A stretch of DNA of 64,000 bases from Curvularia clavata (GCA_023920165.1 CP089276.1:4278001-4342000), one strand, 5' to 3'; positions 46,724-59,500 are shown, counted from the stretch's first letter. Program-made: numbers and translations. The notes: a model not told the origin generated them from the sequence alone.

Positions 46724-49700
46724 CTAGGAAGCTGTAATTTGGGATATATCTACTAGATTTGCTCCAAGTAGAAAGTCTCGAGTCTTGTCGGCGCTTGTAG
46801 CCTTAGTGAGACTGTCGGCTAGTAGACAGCTAGTGTTTTGATATACTAGCTGGATCTGTTTGGTCTCTACCTTCTCACGGATAAAGTAGTATTGGATATC
46901 GATGTGTTTTGTCCTAGCGTGATAGGTAGGATTTTTGGTGAGTTGGATTGCACTTTGGCTGTCTGAGTAGACAGTAGTAGCTGTCTTGTCTATGTCTGGC
47001 AGTATTGGATATAGAGCTTTAATCTCTTTGATAAACTGGGTGAGATATAAGCTCTGTTTAACTGCTTCTCGGTAGGCCATGAATTCAGCTTCTGCGCTTG
47101 ATAGTGCTACTGTCGGCTGTAGTTTTGACAGCCAAGAAATCGCGCAGTTGCTCTTGTTTGACTGGAGTAAAAATATGTATCCAGTGGTAGATCTTCTACT
47201 GTCAAAGTCACCCCCCCAATCTGCATCCGTAGATCCAATCAGTTTAATCAGATCTAAGTTATTTGGTGCAGATTGACTGCTTTTGATGCTGTTTTGGTTA
47301 TCAGTACTGAGCTGATAGAGTAGTCCTAGCTGTCTTGACTGAGCTAGATATCCCCATAGGTAGTCTAGACTGCTGAAATGCTCGGTGCTCGGATTGGCCA
47401 TGAATCTGGATAGAAGATTGACTGCGTAGGTAATATCCGGCCGAGTAAAAATGGATAGATAGATGAGAGAGCCAATTTGCTGCTGGTACATATTGGTGGC
47501 GTTTGGAGTAGCCGTTTGGCTGTTTCTGTTGAGCTTGATATTCTGTTGCAGTGGAGTCTGTCTTGGCTTAATATCTTGCTTATTGAATCTAGCAAGTAGC
47601 CTTTGTAGATAGTTTTCTTGGGTAATATAGATCGCTCGTCTAGATCTAATTACTTGGACTCCAAGAAACTCTGAGACGTCGCCTAGATCTTTGATCTCAA
47701 GCTTTGAGATAGCTGTTAGGTCTTTGAATAGCTTTTGAATACTTTGCTCTTGTTCTCCAAAAATAAGCAAGTCGTCTACGTGAGTAGCTATAACAAGCTT
47801 CTGCTCGACATTGATATAAGTGGCAGTGTCAATAGACAGAGATTTGAAGCCTAGTTGTCCGAGTAGGCTTGCTAGTAGTTTCTGCCACTGTCTACTGGCT
47901 TGTTTTAGCCCGTATAGAGCCTTGTTAAGCAAGCAGACGTGCTGTGGATAGTGCTGATCTTGAAATCCTTCTGGCTGCTCGACGTATATAGTCGTGTCGA
48001 TTAAAGCATTTGGGAAAGCTTGCTTGACATCCCAGCTTTTTATATGCCAGTTTTGAGCTGCTGAAATGGCTAGTAGTAGCCGGATTAGATCAGGCCGAGT
48101 AGTATTGGCAAATGTCTCGTAGTAGTTGACTCCAAGCTCTTGTTGAAAGCCTTTCGCTACCCAACGTGCTTTGAATATAAAATCGCCATTTTGCTGGTAT
48201 TTTTTGTTAAGTACCCAGCGGCCTTTGAGAACTGGATATTCGGACGGTCTTGGTACAAGCTTCCAAGTGTCGTTCTTTTGCAGCTGGTCTAGCTCGTTTT
48301 GCATAGCTAATAGATAGTGTTGACTGTCTTGGTGCTGTAGCACTTGAGCGTAGCTTTTTGGATCAGTGATATCCTTTGAAGTAAATAAGACTTCTTCTAG
48401 GATAATGTCCTCTGCTGCTATTTCTGGTGGAGCTTTTTGATTAGTGGATAGAGCTAATTCTGCTGGCTTGGCTTTCTTTTTGATCAAAACAATCGGATTT
48501 CTTCCAACTACTCTCATGGAGTTGGCTGGTGGATTTGACTGGCTAGTATTTGGCTCAGTATTTGGCTCAGTATTTGGCTCAGTATTTGGCTCAGTATTTG
48601 GCTCAGCATTTGGCTCAGTATTTGGCTCTTCGTCAAGCTGCAGTTCTTCATCAGGAGCTTGATCATTGAACACTCCTTCTAGTATTTGGACGTCTCTTGT
48701 AGTAGTAACCTTGTTAGTTCTAATATCGATTAGACGATATAGATTTTTACTAATATATCCAACAAGGTAGTACTGCTGGACACGAGAATCTAGTTTGCTA
48801 AGAAACTCTTTTGGCTCTTTCTTGTATGCTAGAGATCCCCAGATTCTAACATTGCTGACGTCTGGTTTATATCCATATTTGGCTTCAAATGGCGTCTTAA
48901 AGCCAATAGAGCTGTGCGGTGTTCTATTGTATAGATACACTGCCGCTAGTAGAGCTTCTGCCCATAGCTTATTGGGCATTTTGGCTTCAAATAGCAGAGC
49001 TCTAATCTTGTCAAATAGCGTTCGGTTGATCCGCTCGGCTCCGCCTTTGCCTTCTGGATTGAATGGAGGAGTAAATCGGAGTTTAAATCCCTTTCTAGTA
49101 GCTAGCTTTTGCAGCTCTAGCGTGTCCAACTCATTGTCTGATTGGATAGCTTTGATCTGCTTTGAGTCTTGGACTTCTGCTTTCTTAATAAAAGCTTTGA
49201 CTGGCTTGACTAGCTCTGATCTAGACGTGAGTAAGTCCACTTCTAGATATTTGGTGTAGTAGTCTAGAAAGGTAATATAATACCGATAGCCCTTATTCGT
49301 CTTTGGCTTAATTGGCCCCCCTAGGTCGCAGTAGATCAAATCACCAAACTGGTGGACTGGTGTAGATATTGGATCTCTGCTTATTTTGCTAGCAAATTTG
49401 CTTCTCAAGCAAATCTCGCAGTTGCTAAATCCACTGCTGGTTTTGGTATTTGATTTGACGCCTTTGGTATTCTCACTTAGCTTATTTAAGCTAGTTTTAC
49501 CAATATGGCCAAAACGTCGGTGTAGAAGAGACGTTTGATCGTCTGGCTTAGACTGATCTGTTTGATTCGGTTGGACGGATTTGGCTGTCAGCTCTGTATT
49601 GTATGTCTCTGTATAGACTTGGCTAGTTTGGATATTGCTAACTGCAGTAAAAGTAGCAATATTTCTAGCGTATTGCCCCTTCGCTAGTATTTTGCTAGAT

Positions 49701-50914
49701 AGCCTAATTAGGCTGCTAGTCTTTGAAAACTCGAATTCAGCTCCTTTTTGAACTGCTTGGTAGAGACTGAGTAGATTGACTTTGAAGTCCGGCACTAGTA
49801 AGACTTCTTTGAGTACTACTGTCTCGCCCGTACTCGTAAATTTAATTGGCACTTCGCCTTTGGCTGTTGCTTGTAGCAACGCAGTAGAGTTGCCCCATTT
49901 AATATACGTATTACTAACGCTGGTAAGGCTTCTAAAAAGCTGTCGGTCAGAGCAAATATGGGAGCTGGCGGCGCTGTCTAATATCCACTCAATCGACTTG
50001 GAAGACTCAGTGGATAGAGCAGCTTTGATATCGGCGATATTTGGATCGACTGAGACTACTGTAGATAGAGCTGTCTCAGGCTTATAATATGTCCGACTGG
50101 GGCGTTTGCTGGGGTCTTTCTGCCAGCATTGGTCGACTAAATGTCCATTTCTCTTGCAGTGAGAGCAGTATTTTGGACTTTTGGTGGATTTTTGAGTAGC
50201 CAAAGTCATTTCGACGTCTTTTGACTGTGGAGCTTGGTTGGAGCTGCTAATTGGGCTCCTTTGGTATGGTCTGTAGCTCTTTTGGTAAGAGCTATTTGAG
50301 TTACTGCCGCTGCTGCTTCTAATCGATTTCTGGCGTCTTGATTCGTCCATAATTTGGTTGTATAAGTTCTCAAGATCAATCTCTTTGTTAGATCTAAAAT
50401 CTTGAGTAATAGCTGTAACCAAATAGTCAAAGTCTGAGCTTAGATTATTGAGAATCAAAGCAGCAATGAATCGGTGCGGTAGTGCCAGATTTCGGCTCTC
50501 TAGACTAAGGACTAGTCTGTTGATTTTTTGGAGATATATTTCGACGTTGTTTTGGCACTGCTGCACGGTCGTATTGATAAGATCTTTGCAAATTAAGAAG
50601 TCAGAGCTAAAGCCTTTTGGGCTATATAGCTTCTTTAGGTGATTCCATAGACTATATGGAGTTTTCATGTCTTTTGACTGTAGTAGAGGCCCATCGTCTA
50701 GACTGAGTCGTAGAGTAGACAGAGCTTTGATTTCTGAGCTTTTTAGCTTCTGATATCTCTCAGAGCCTTTACTTTGTTCAAGCTCTTGTGGGTCGACTGT
50801 TATAATCTCGTAGCAGTCTTGCTGTATAAGCACTGCTTCGATCCGTAGTGCCCACATGTCATAGTTAGAGCTGCCTTTGAGCTTTGGCACTCTAAATATG
50901 CTACTGTCAGCCAT
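46724..50914 (-). CDS. Copia gag-pol polyprotein, copy 3 (intact)
   Basis: Translation identical to copy 1. Confidence 0.98.
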   Translation of the reverse strand: MADSSIFRVPKLKGSSNYDMWALRIEAVLIQQDCYEIITVDPQELEQSKGSERYQKLKSSEIKALSTLRLSLDDGPLLQSKDMKTPYSLWNHLKKLYSPKGFSSDFLICKDLINTTVQQCQNNVEIYLQKINRLVLSLESRNLALPHRFIAALILNNLSSDFDYLVTAITQDFRSNKEIDLENLYNQIMDESRRQKSIRSSSGSNSNSSYQKSYRPYQRSPISSSNQAPQSKDVEMTLATQKSTKSPKYCSHCKRNGHLVDQCWQKDPSKRPSRTYYKPETALSTVVSVDPNIADIKAALSTESSKSIEWILDSAASSHICSDRQLFRSLTSVSNTYIKWGNSTALLQATAKGEVPIKFTSTGETVVLKEVLLVPDFKVNLLSLYQAVQKGAEFEFSKTSSLIRLSSKILAKGQYARNIATFTAVSNIQTSQVYTETYNTELTAKSVQPNQTDQSKPDDQTSLLHRRFGHIGKTSLNKLSENTKGVKSNTKTSSGFSNCEICLRSKFASKISRDPISTPVHQFGDLIYCDLGGPIKPKTNKGYRYYITFLDYYTKYLEVDLLTSRSELVKPVKAFIKKAEVQDSKQIKAIQSDNELDTLELQKLATRKGFKLRFTPPFNPEGKGGAERINRTLFDKIRALLFEAKMPNKLWAEALLAAVYLYNRTPHSSIGFKTPFEAKYGYKPDVSNVRIWGSLAYKKEPKEFLSKLDSRVQQYYLVGYISKNLYRLIDIRTNKVTTTRDVQILEGVFNDQAPDEELQLDEEPNTEPNAEPNTEPNTEPNTEPNTEPNTSQSNPPANSMRVVGRNPIVLIKKKAKPAELALSTNQKAPPEIAAEDIILEEVLFTSKDITDPKSYAQVLQHQDSQHYLLAMQNELDQLQKNDTWKLVPRPSEYPVLKGRWVLNKKYQQNGDFIFKARWVAKGFQQELGVNYYETFANTTRPDLIRLLLAISAAQNWHIKSWDVKQAFPNALIDTTIYVEQPEGFQDQHYPQHVCLLNKALYGLKQASRQWQKLLASLLGQLGFKSLSIDTATYINVEQKLVIATHVDDLLIFGEQEQSIQKLFKDLTAISKLEIKDLGDVSEFLGVQVIRSRRAIYITQENYLQRLLARFNKQDIKPRQTPLQQNIKLNRNSQTATPNATNMYQQQIGSLIYLSIFTRPDITYAVNLLSRFMANPSTEHFSSLDYLWGYLAQSRQLGLLYQLSTDNQNSIKSSQSAPNNLDLIKLIGSTDADWGGDFDSRRSTTGYIFLLQSNKSNCAISWLSKLQPTVALSSAEAEFMAYREAVKQSLYLTQFIKEIKALYPILPDIDKTATTVYSDSQSAIQLTKNPTYHARTKHIDIQYYFIREKVETKQIQLVYQNTSCLLADSLTKATSADKTRDFLLGANLVDISQITAS

Positions 50915-51295
50915 TTTGTGCTGCTAGTCTGTCTAGAAATATAGACTAGATAGCTGTTTGTAGTCTAGCGCAGTAAATAAGCAGTTACTGTTCTTACTAT
51001 GAAGAACTCTGGCTGCTAGTCGATCGAGTTGATCTGTCTGCAACTAGCTACAAGAAGCTTCGGCTAACCCCTAACCAGAGTATTTAGCTGCGTTTGCGGC
51101 TCAGAGACTCCTAAACTGATAGGGTTTTTGCTTCAGTAGAGTTTCTCAGCTTTTTAGCCGTGGTTTACTCTTAACCCTTAGTAACCCTAGCTTTTACTAA
51201 GAGACTAGCTATATTTATACTAGCTCTTACTTTAGTCTTATGCTAAGACTTGCTAGAATCTTCGATCGATAGACACGTAATCCGGGCTCATAACC

Positions 51296-51644
51296 TGTAA
51301 AAGTGTGGGGTAGCTACTTATTCTACTAGTAGTAGACTCAGAGGTAGCTTGATTAAAGACTCAAGTAAGTAGTATATGCTAGGGGAGAGAGTTGATGGAC
51401 ACGATTGACTTTGTATAAACTGCTCTGGTTTCTATCTACTAGCTATTCTACTACTATATATATTGGCTGGAGTAGATTCTAGAAGAATCTATCTAGTAGT
51501 AGCTTGCGTAATCTTTGGCGTCATAGACAGATGTCTATAGATCGATTATAGTCTTGACAGATCGACTATAGACTAAGTTGATTCTGGGTATAGGAGTACG
51601 CACCCAGATACTGTAGATTAGCTGACTAGCTTAGATCTACAACA
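51296..51644 (-). repeat. Copia LTR 4 (shared)
   Basis: Same sequence as LTR 1. Confidence 0.93.
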
Positions 51645-51656
51645 CGCCCCCTTAAG

Positions 51657-54600
51657 CTAGGAAGCTGTAATTTGGGATATATCTACTAGATTTGCTCCAA
51701 GTAGAAAGTCTCGAGTCTTGTCGGCGCTTGTAGCCTTAGTGAGACTGTCGGCTAGTAGACAGCTAGTGTTTTGATATACTAGCTGGATCTGTTTGGTCTC
51801 TACCTTCTCACGGATAAAGTAGTATTGGATATCGATGTGTTTTGTCCTAGCGTGATAGGTAGGATTTTTGGTGAGTTGGATTGCACTTTGGCTGTCTGAG
51901 TAGACAGTAGTAGCTGTCTTGTCTATGTCTGGCAGTATTGGATATAGAGCTTTAATCTCTTTGATAAACTGGGTGAGATATAAGCTCTGTTTAACTGCTT
52001 CTCGGTAGGCCATGAATTCAGCTTCTGCGCTTGATAGTGCTACTGTCGGCTGTAGTTTTGACAGCCAAGAAATCGCGCAGTTGCTCTTGTTTGACTGGAG
52101 TAAAAATATGTATCCAGTGGTAGATCTTCTACTGTCAAAGTCACCCCCCCAATCTGCATCCGTAGATCCAATCAGTTTAATCAGATCTAAGTTATTTGGT
52201 GCAGATTGACTGCTTTTGATGCTGTTTTGGTTATCAGTACTGAGCTGATAGAGTAGTCCTAGCTGTCTTGACTGAGCTAGATATCCCCATAGGTAGTCTA
52301 GACTGCTGAAATGCTCGGTGCTCGGATTGGCCATGAATCTGGATAGAAGATTGACTGCGTAGGTAATATCCGGCCGAGTAAAAATGGATAGATAGATGAG
52401 AGAGCCAATTTGCTGCTGGTACATATTGGTGGCGTTTGGAGTAGCCGTTTGGCTGTTTCTGTTGAGCTTGATATTCTGTTGCAGTGGAGTCTGTCTTGGC
52501 TTAATATCTTGCTTATTGAATCTAGCAAGTAGCCTTTGTAGATAGTTTTCTTGGGTAATATAGATCGCTCGTCTAGATCTAATTACTTGGACTCCAAGAA
52601 ACTCTGAGACGTCGCCTAGATCTTTGATCTCAAGCTTTGAGATAGCTGTTAGGTCTTTGAATAGCTTTTGAATACTTTGCTCTTGTTCTCCAAAAATAAG
52701 CAAGTCGTCTACGTGAGTAGCTATAACAAGCTTCTGCTCGACATTGATATAAGTGGCAGTGTCAATAGACAGAGATTTGAAGCCTAGTTGTCCGAGTAGG
52801 CTTGCTAGTAGTTTCTGCCACTGTCTACTGGCTTGTTTTAGCCCGTATAGAGCCTTGTTAAGCAAGCAGACGTGCTGTGGATAGTGCTGATCTTGAAATC
52901 CTTCTGGCTGCTCGACGTATATAGTCGTGTCGATTAAAGCATTTGGGAAAGCTTGCTTGACATCCCAGCTTTTTATATGCCAGTTTTGAGCTGCTGAAAT
53001 GGCTAGTAGTAGCCGGATTAGATCAGGCCGAGTAGTATTGGCAAATGTCTCGTAGTAGTTGACTCCAAGCTCTTGTTGAAAGCCTTTCGCTACCCAACGT
53101 GCTTTGAATATAAAATCGCCATTTTGCTGGTATTTTTTGTTAAGTACCCAGCGGCCTTTGAGAACTGGATATTCGGACGGTCTTGGTACAAGCTTCCAAG
53201 TGTCGTTCTTTTGCAGCTGGTCTAGCTCGTTTTGCATAGCTAATAGATAGTGTTGACTGTCTTGGTGCTGTAGCACTTGAGCGTAGCTTTTTGGATCAGT
53301 GATATCCTTTGAAGTAAATAAGACTTCTTCTAGGATAATGTCCTCTGCTGCTATTTCTGGTGGAGCTTTTTGATTAGTGGATAGAGCTAATTCTGCTGGC
53401 TTGGCTTTCTTTTTGATCAAAACAATCGGATTTCTTCCAACTACTCTCATGGAGTTGGCTGGTGGATTTGACTGGCTAGTATTTGGCTCAGTATTTGGCT
53501 CAGTATTTGGCTCAGTATTTGGCTCAGTATTTGGCTCAGCATTTGGCTCAGTATTTGGCTCTTCGTCAAGCTGCAGTTCTTCATCAGGAGCTTGATCATT
53601 GAACACTCCTTCTAGTATTTGGACGTCTCTTGTAGTAGTAACCTTGTTAGTTCTAATATCGATTAGACGATATAGATTTTTACTAATATATCCAACAAGG
53701 TAGTACTGCTGGACACGAGAATCTAGTTTGCTAAGAAACTCTTTTGGCTCTTTCTTGTATGCTAGAGATCCCCAGATTCTAACATTGCTGACGTCTGGTT
53801 TATATCCATATTTGGCTTCAAATGGCGTCTTAAAGCCAATAGAGCTGTGCGGTGTTCTATTGTATAGATACACTGCCGCTAGTAGAGCTTCTGCCCATAG
53901 CTTATTGGGCATTTTGGCTTCAAATAGCAGAGCTCTAATCTTGTCAAATAGCGTTCGGTTGATCCGCTCGGCTCCGCCTTTGCCTTCTGGATTGAATGGA
54001 GGAGTAAATCGGAGTTTAAATCCCTTTCTAGTAGCTAGCTTTTGCAGCTCTAGCGTGTCCAACTCATTGTCTGATTGGATAGCTTTGATCTGCTTTGAGT
54101 CTTGGACTTCTGCTTTCTTAATAAAAGCTTTGACTGGCTTGACTAGCTCTGATCTAGACGTGAGTAAGTCCACTTCTAGATATTTGGTGTAGTAGTCTAG
54201 AAAGGTAATATAATACCGATAGCCCTTATTCGTCTTTGGCTTAATTGGCCCCCCTAGGTCGCAGTAGATCAAATCACCAAACTGGTGGACTGGTGTAGAT
54301 ATTGGATCTCTGCTTATTTTGCTAGCAAATTTGCTTCTCAAGCAAATCTCGCAGTTGCTAAATCCACTGCTGGTTTTGGTATTTGATTTGACGCCTTTGG
54401 TATTCTCACTTAGCTTATTTAAGCTAGTTTTACCAATATGGCCAAAACGTCGGTGTAGAAGAGACGTTTGATCGTCTGGCTTAGACTGATCTGTTTGATT
54501 CGGTTGGACGGATTTGGCTGTCAGCTCTGTATTGTATGTCTCTGTATAGACTTGGCTAGTTTGGATATTGCTAACTGCAGTAAAAGTAGCAATATTTCTA

Positions 54601-55847
54601 GCGTATTGCCCCTTCGCTAGTATTTTGCTAGATAGCCTAATTAGGCTGCTAGTCTTTGAAAACTCGAATTCAGCTCCTTTTTGAACTGCTTGGTAGAGAC
54701 TGAGTAGATTGACTTTGAAGTCCGGCACTAGTAAGACTTCTTTGAGTACTACTGTCTCGCCCGTACTCGTAAATTTAATTGGCACTTCGCCTTTGGCTGT
54801 TGCTTGTAGCAACGCAGTAGAGTTGCCCCATTTAATATACGTATTACTAACGCTGGTAAGGCTTCTAAAAAGCTGTCGGTCAGAGCAAATATGGGAGCTG
54901 GCGGCGCTGTCTAATATCCACTCAATCGACTTGGAAGACTCAGTGGATAGAGCAGCTTTGATATCGGCGATATTTGGATCGACTGAGACTACTGTAGATA
55001 GAGCTGTCTCAGGCTTATAATATGTCCGACTGGGGCGTTTGCTGGGGTCTTTCTGCCAGCATTGGTCGACTAAATGTCCATTTCTCTTGCAGTGAGAGCA
55101 GTATTTTGGACTTTTGGTGGATTTTTGAGTAGCCAAAGTCATTTCGACGTCTTTTGACTGTGGAGCTTGGTTGGAGCTGCTAATTGGGCTCCTTTGGTAT
55201 GGTCTGTAGCTCTTTTGGTAAGAGCTATTTGAGTTACTGCCGCTGCTGCTTCTAATCGATTTCTGGCGTCTTGATTCGTCCATAATTTGGTTGTATAAGT
55301 TCTCAAGATCAATCTCTTTGTTAGATCTAAAATCTTGAGTAATAGCTGTAACCAAATAGTCAAAGTCTGAGCTTAGATTATTGAGAATCAAAGCAGCAAT
55401 GAATCGGTGCGGTAGTGCCAGATTTCGGCTCTCTAGACTAAGGACTAGTCTGTTGATTTTTTGGAGATATATTTCGACGTTGTTTTGGCACTGCTGCACG
55501 GTCGTATTGATAAGATCTTTGCAAATTAAGAAGTCAGAGCTAAAGCCTTTTGGGCTATATAGCTTCTTTAGGTGATTCCATAGACTATATGGAGTTTTCA
55601 TGTCTTTTGACTGTAGTAGAGGCCCATCGTCTAGACTGAGTCGTAGAGTAGACAGAGCTTTGATTTCTGAGCTTTTTAGCTTCTGATATCTCTCAGAGCC
55701 TTTACTTTGTTCAAGCTCTTGTGGGTCGACTGTTATAATCTCGTAGCAGTCTTGCTGTATAAGCACTGCTTCGATCCGTAGTGCCCACATGTCATAGTTA
55801 GAGCTGCCTTTGAGCTTTGGCACTCTAAATATGCTACTGTCAGCCAT
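51657..55847 (-). CDS. Copia gag-pol polyprotein, copy 4 (intact)
   Basis: Translation identical to copy 1. Confidence 0.98.
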   Translation of the reverse strand: MADSSIFRVPKLKGSSNYDMWALRIEAVLIQQDCYEIITVDPQELEQSKGSERYQKLKSSEIKALSTLRLSLDDGPLLQSKDMKTPYSLWNHLKKLYSPKGFSSDFLICKDLINTTVQQCQNNVEIYLQKINRLVLSLESRNLALPHRFIAALILNNLSSDFDYLVTAITQDFRSNKEIDLENLYNQIMDESRRQKSIRSSSGSNSNSSYQKSYRPYQRSPISSSNQAPQSKDVEMTLATQKSTKSPKYCSHCKRNGHLVDQCWQKDPSKRPSRTYYKPETALSTVVSVDPNIADIKAALSTESSKSIEWILDSAASSHICSDRQLFRSLTSVSNTYIKWGNSTALLQATAKGEVPIKFTSTGETVVLKEVLLVPDFKVNLLSLYQAVQKGAEFEFSKTSSLIRLSSKILAKGQYARNIATFTAVSNIQTSQVYTETYNTELTAKSVQPNQTDQSKPDDQTSLLHRRFGHIGKTSLNKLSENTKGVKSNTKTSSGFSNCEICLRSKFASKISRDPISTPVHQFGDLIYCDLGGPIKPKTNKGYRYYITFLDYYTKYLEVDLLTSRSELVKPVKAFIKKAEVQDSKQIKAIQSDNELDTLELQKLATRKGFKLRFTPPFNPEGKGGAERINRTLFDKIRALLFEAKMPNKLWAEALLAAVYLYNRTPHSSIGFKTPFEAKYGYKPDVSNVRIWGSLAYKKEPKEFLSKLDSRVQQYYLVGYISKNLYRLIDIRTNKVTTTRDVQILEGVFNDQAPDEELQLDEEPNTEPNAEPNTEPNTEPNTEPNTEPNTSQSNPPANSMRVVGRNPIVLIKKKAKPAELALSTNQKAPPEIAAEDIILEEVLFTSKDITDPKSYAQVLQHQDSQHYLLAMQNELDQLQKNDTWKLVPRPSEYPVLKGRWVLNKKYQQNGDFIFKARWVAKGFQQELGVNYYETFANTTRPDLIRLLLAISAAQNWHIKSWDVKQAFPNALIDTTIYVEQPEGFQDQHYPQHVCLLNKALYGLKQASRQWQKLLASLLGQLGFKSLSIDTATYINVEQKLVIATHVDDLLIFGEQEQSIQKLFKDLTAISKLEIKDLGDVSEFLGVQVIRSRRAIYITQENYLQRLLARFNKQDIKPRQTPLQQNIKLNRNSQTATPNATNMYQQQIGSLIYLSIFTRPDITYAVNLLSRFMANPSTEHFSSLDYLWGYLAQSRQLGLLYQLSTDNQNSIKSSQSAPNNLDLIKLIGSTDADWGGDFDSRRSTTGYIFLLQSNKSNCAISWLSKLQPTVALSSAEAEFMAYREAVKQSLYLTQFIKEIKALYPILPDIDKTATTVYSDSQSAIQLTKNPTYHARTKHIDIQYYFIREKVETKQIQLVYQNTSCLLADSLTKATSADKTRDFLLGANLVDISQITAS

Positions 55848-56228
55848 TTTGTGCTGCTAGTCTGTCTAGAAATATAGACTAGATAGCTGTTTGTAGTCTA
55901 GCGCAGTAAATAAGCAGTTACTGTTCTTACTATGAAGAACTCTGGCTGCTAGTCGATCGAGTTGATCTGTCTGCAACTAGCTACAAGAAGCTTCGGCTAA
56001 CCCCTAACCAGAGTATTTAGCTGCGTTTGCGGCTCAGAGACTCCTAAACTGATAGGGTTTTTGCTTCAGTAGAGTTTCTCAGCTTTTTAGCCGTGGTTTA
56101 CTCTTAACCCTTAGTAACCCTAGCTTTTACTAAGAGACTAGCTATATTTATACTAGCTCTTACTTTAGTCTTATGCTAAGACTTGCTAGAATCTTCGATC
56201 GATAGACACGTAATCCGGGCTCATAACC

Positions 56229-56577
56229 TGTAAAAGTGTGGGGTAGCTACTTATTCTACTAGTAGTAGACTCAGAGGTAGCTTGATTAAAGACTCAAGTA
56301 AGTAGTATATGCTAGGGGAGAGAGTTGATGGACACGATTGACTTTGTATAAACTGCTCTGGTTTCTATCTACTAGCTATTCTACTACTATATATATTGGC
56401 TGGAGTAGATTCTAGAAGAATCTATCTAGTAGTAGCTTGCGTAATCTTTGGCGTCATAGACAGATGTCTATAGATCGATTATAGTCTTGACAGATCGACT
56501 ATAGACTAAGTTGATTCTGGGTATAGGAGTACGCACCCAGATACTGTAGATTAGCTGACTAGCTTAGATCTACAACA
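56229..56577 (-). repeat. Copia LTR 5 (shared)
   Basis: Same sequence as LTR 1. Confidence 0.93.
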
Positions 56578-56589
56578 CGCCCCCTTAAG

Positions 56590-59500
56590 CTAGGAAGCTG
56601 TAATTTGGGATATATCTACTAGATTTGCTCCAAGTAGAAAGTCTCGAGTCTTGTCGGCGCTTGTAGCCTTAGTGAGACTGTCGGCTAGTAGACAGCTAGT
56701 GTTTTGATATACTAGCTGGATCTGTTTGGTCTCTACCTTCTCACGGATAAAGTAGTATTGGATATCGATGTGTTTTGTCCTAGCGTGATAGGTAGGATTT
56801 TTGGTGAGTTGGATTGCACTTTGGCTGTCTGAGTAGACAGTAGTAGCTGTCTTGTCTATGTCTGGCAGTATTGGATATAGAGCTTTAATCTCTTTGATAA
56901 ACTGGGTGAGATATAAGCTCTGTTTAACTGCTTCTCGGTAGGCCATGAATTCAGCTTCTGCGCTTGATAGTGCTACTGTCGGCTGTAGTTTTGACAGCCA
57001 AGAAATCGCGCAGTTGCTCTTGTTTGACTGGAGTAAAAATATGTATCCAGTGGTAGATCTTCTACTGTCAAAGTCACCCCCCCAATCTGCATCCGTAGAT
57101 CCAATCAGTTTAATCAGATCTAAGTTATTTGGTGCAGATTGACTGCTTTTGATGCTGTTTTGGTTATCAGTACTGAGCTGATAGAGTAGTCCTAGCTGTC
57201 TTGACTGAGCTAGATATCCCCATAGGTAGTCTAGACTGCTGAAATGCTCGGTGCTCGGATTGGCCATGAATCTGGATAGAAGATTGACTGCGTAGGTAAT
57301 ATCCGGCCGAGTAAAAATGGATAGATAGATGAGAGAGCCAATTTGCTGCTGGTACATATTGGTGGCGTTTGGAGTAGCCGTTTGGCTGTTTCTGTTGAGC
57401 TTGATATTCTGTTGCAGTGGAGTCTGTCTTGGCTTAATATCTTGCTTATTGAATCTAGCAAGTAGCCTTTGTAGATAGTTTTCTTGGGTAATATAGATCG
57501 CTCGTCTAGATCTAATTACTTGGACTCCAAGAAACTCTGAGACGTCGCCTAGATCTTTGATCTCAAGCTTTGAGATAGCTGTTAGGTCTTTGAATAGCTT
57601 TTGAATACTTTGCTCTTGTTCTCCAAAAATAAGCAAGTCGTCTACGTGAGTAGCTATAACAAGCTTCTGCTCGACATTGATATAAGTGGCAGTGTCAATA
57701 GACAGAGATTTGAAGCCTAGTTGTCCGAGTAGGCTTGCTAGTAGTTTCTGCCACTGTCTACTGGCTTGTTTTAGCCCGTATAGAGCCTTGTTAAGCAAGC
57801 AGACGTGCTGTGGATAGTGCTGATCTTGAAATCCTTCTGGCTGCTCGACGTATATAGTCGTGTCGATTAAAGCATTTGGGAAAGCTTGCTTGACATCCCA
57901 GCTTTTTATATGCCAGTTTTGAGCTGCTGAAATGGCTAGTAGTAGCCGGATTAGATCAGGCCGAGTAGTATTGGCAAATGTCTCGTAGTAGTTGACTCCA
58001 AGCTCTTGTTGAAAGCCTTTCGCTACCCAACGTGCTTTGAATATAAAATCGCCATTTTGCTGGTATTTTTTGTTAAGTACCCAGCGGCCTTTGAGAACTG
58101 GATATTCGGACGGTCTTGGTACAAGCTTCCAAGTGTCGTTCTTTTGCAGCTGGTCTAGCTCGTTTTGCATAGCTAATAGATAGTGTTGACTGTCTTGGTG
58201 CTGTAGCACTTGAGCGTAGCTTTTTGGATCAGTGATATCCTTTGAAGTAAATAAGACTTCTTCTAGGATAATGTCCTCTGCTGCTATTTCTGGTGGAGCT
58301 TTTTGATTAGTGGATAGAGCTAATTCTGCTGGCTTGGCTTTCTTTTTGATCAAAACAATCGGATTTCTTCCAACTACTCTCATGGAGTTGGCTGGTGGAT
58401 TTGACTGGCTAGTATTTGGCTCAGTATTTGGCTCAGTATTTGGCTCAGTATTTGGCTCAGTATTTGGCTCAGCATTTGGCTCAGTATTTGGCTCTTCGTC
58501 AAGCTGCAGTTCTTCATCAGGAGCTTGATCATTGAACACTCCTTCTAGTATTTGGACGTCTCTTGTAGTAGTAACCTTGTTAGTTCTAATATCGATTAGA
58601 CGATATAGATTTTTACTAATATATCCAACAAGGTAGTACTGCTGGACACGAGAATCTAGTTTGCTAAGAAACTCTTTTGGCTCTTTCTTGTATGCTAGAG
58701 ATCCCCAGATTCTAACATTGCTGACGTCTGGTTTATATCCATATTTGGCTTCAAATGGCGTCTTAAAGCCAATAGAGCTGTGCGGTGTTCTATTGTATAG
58801 ATACACTGCCGCTAGTAGAGCTTCTGCCCATAGCTTATTGGGCATTTTGGCTTCAAATAGCAGAGCTCTAATCTTGTCAAATAGCGTTCGGTTGATCCGC
58901 TCGGCTCCGCCTTTGCCTTCTGGATTGAATGGAGGAGTAAATCGGAGTTTAAATCCCTTTCTAGTAGCTAGCTTTTGCAGCTCTAGCGTGTCCAACTCAT
59001 TGTCTGATTGGATAGCTTTGATCTGCTTTGAGTCTTGGACTTCTGCTTTCTTAATAAAAGCTTTGACTGGCTTGACTAGCTCTGATCTAGACGTGAGTAA
59101 GTCCACTTCTAGATATTTGGTGTAGTAGTCTAGAAAGGTAATATAATACCGATAGCCCTTATTCGTCTTTGGCTTAATTGGCCCCCCTAGGTCGCAGTAG
59201 ATCAAATCACCAAACTGGTGGACTGGTGTAGATATTGGATCTCTGCTTATTTTGCTAGCAAATTTGCTTCTCAAGCAAATCTCGCAGTTGCTAAATCCAC
59301 TGCTGGTTTTGGTATTTGATTTGACGCCTTTGGTATTCTCACTTAGCTTATTTAAGCTAGTTTTACCAATATGGCCAAAACGTCGGTGTAGAAGAGACGT
59401 TTGATCGTCTGGCTTAGACTGATCTGTTTGATTCGGTTGGACGGATTTGGCTGTCAGCTCTGTATTGTATGTCTCTGTATAGACTTGGCTAGTTTGGATA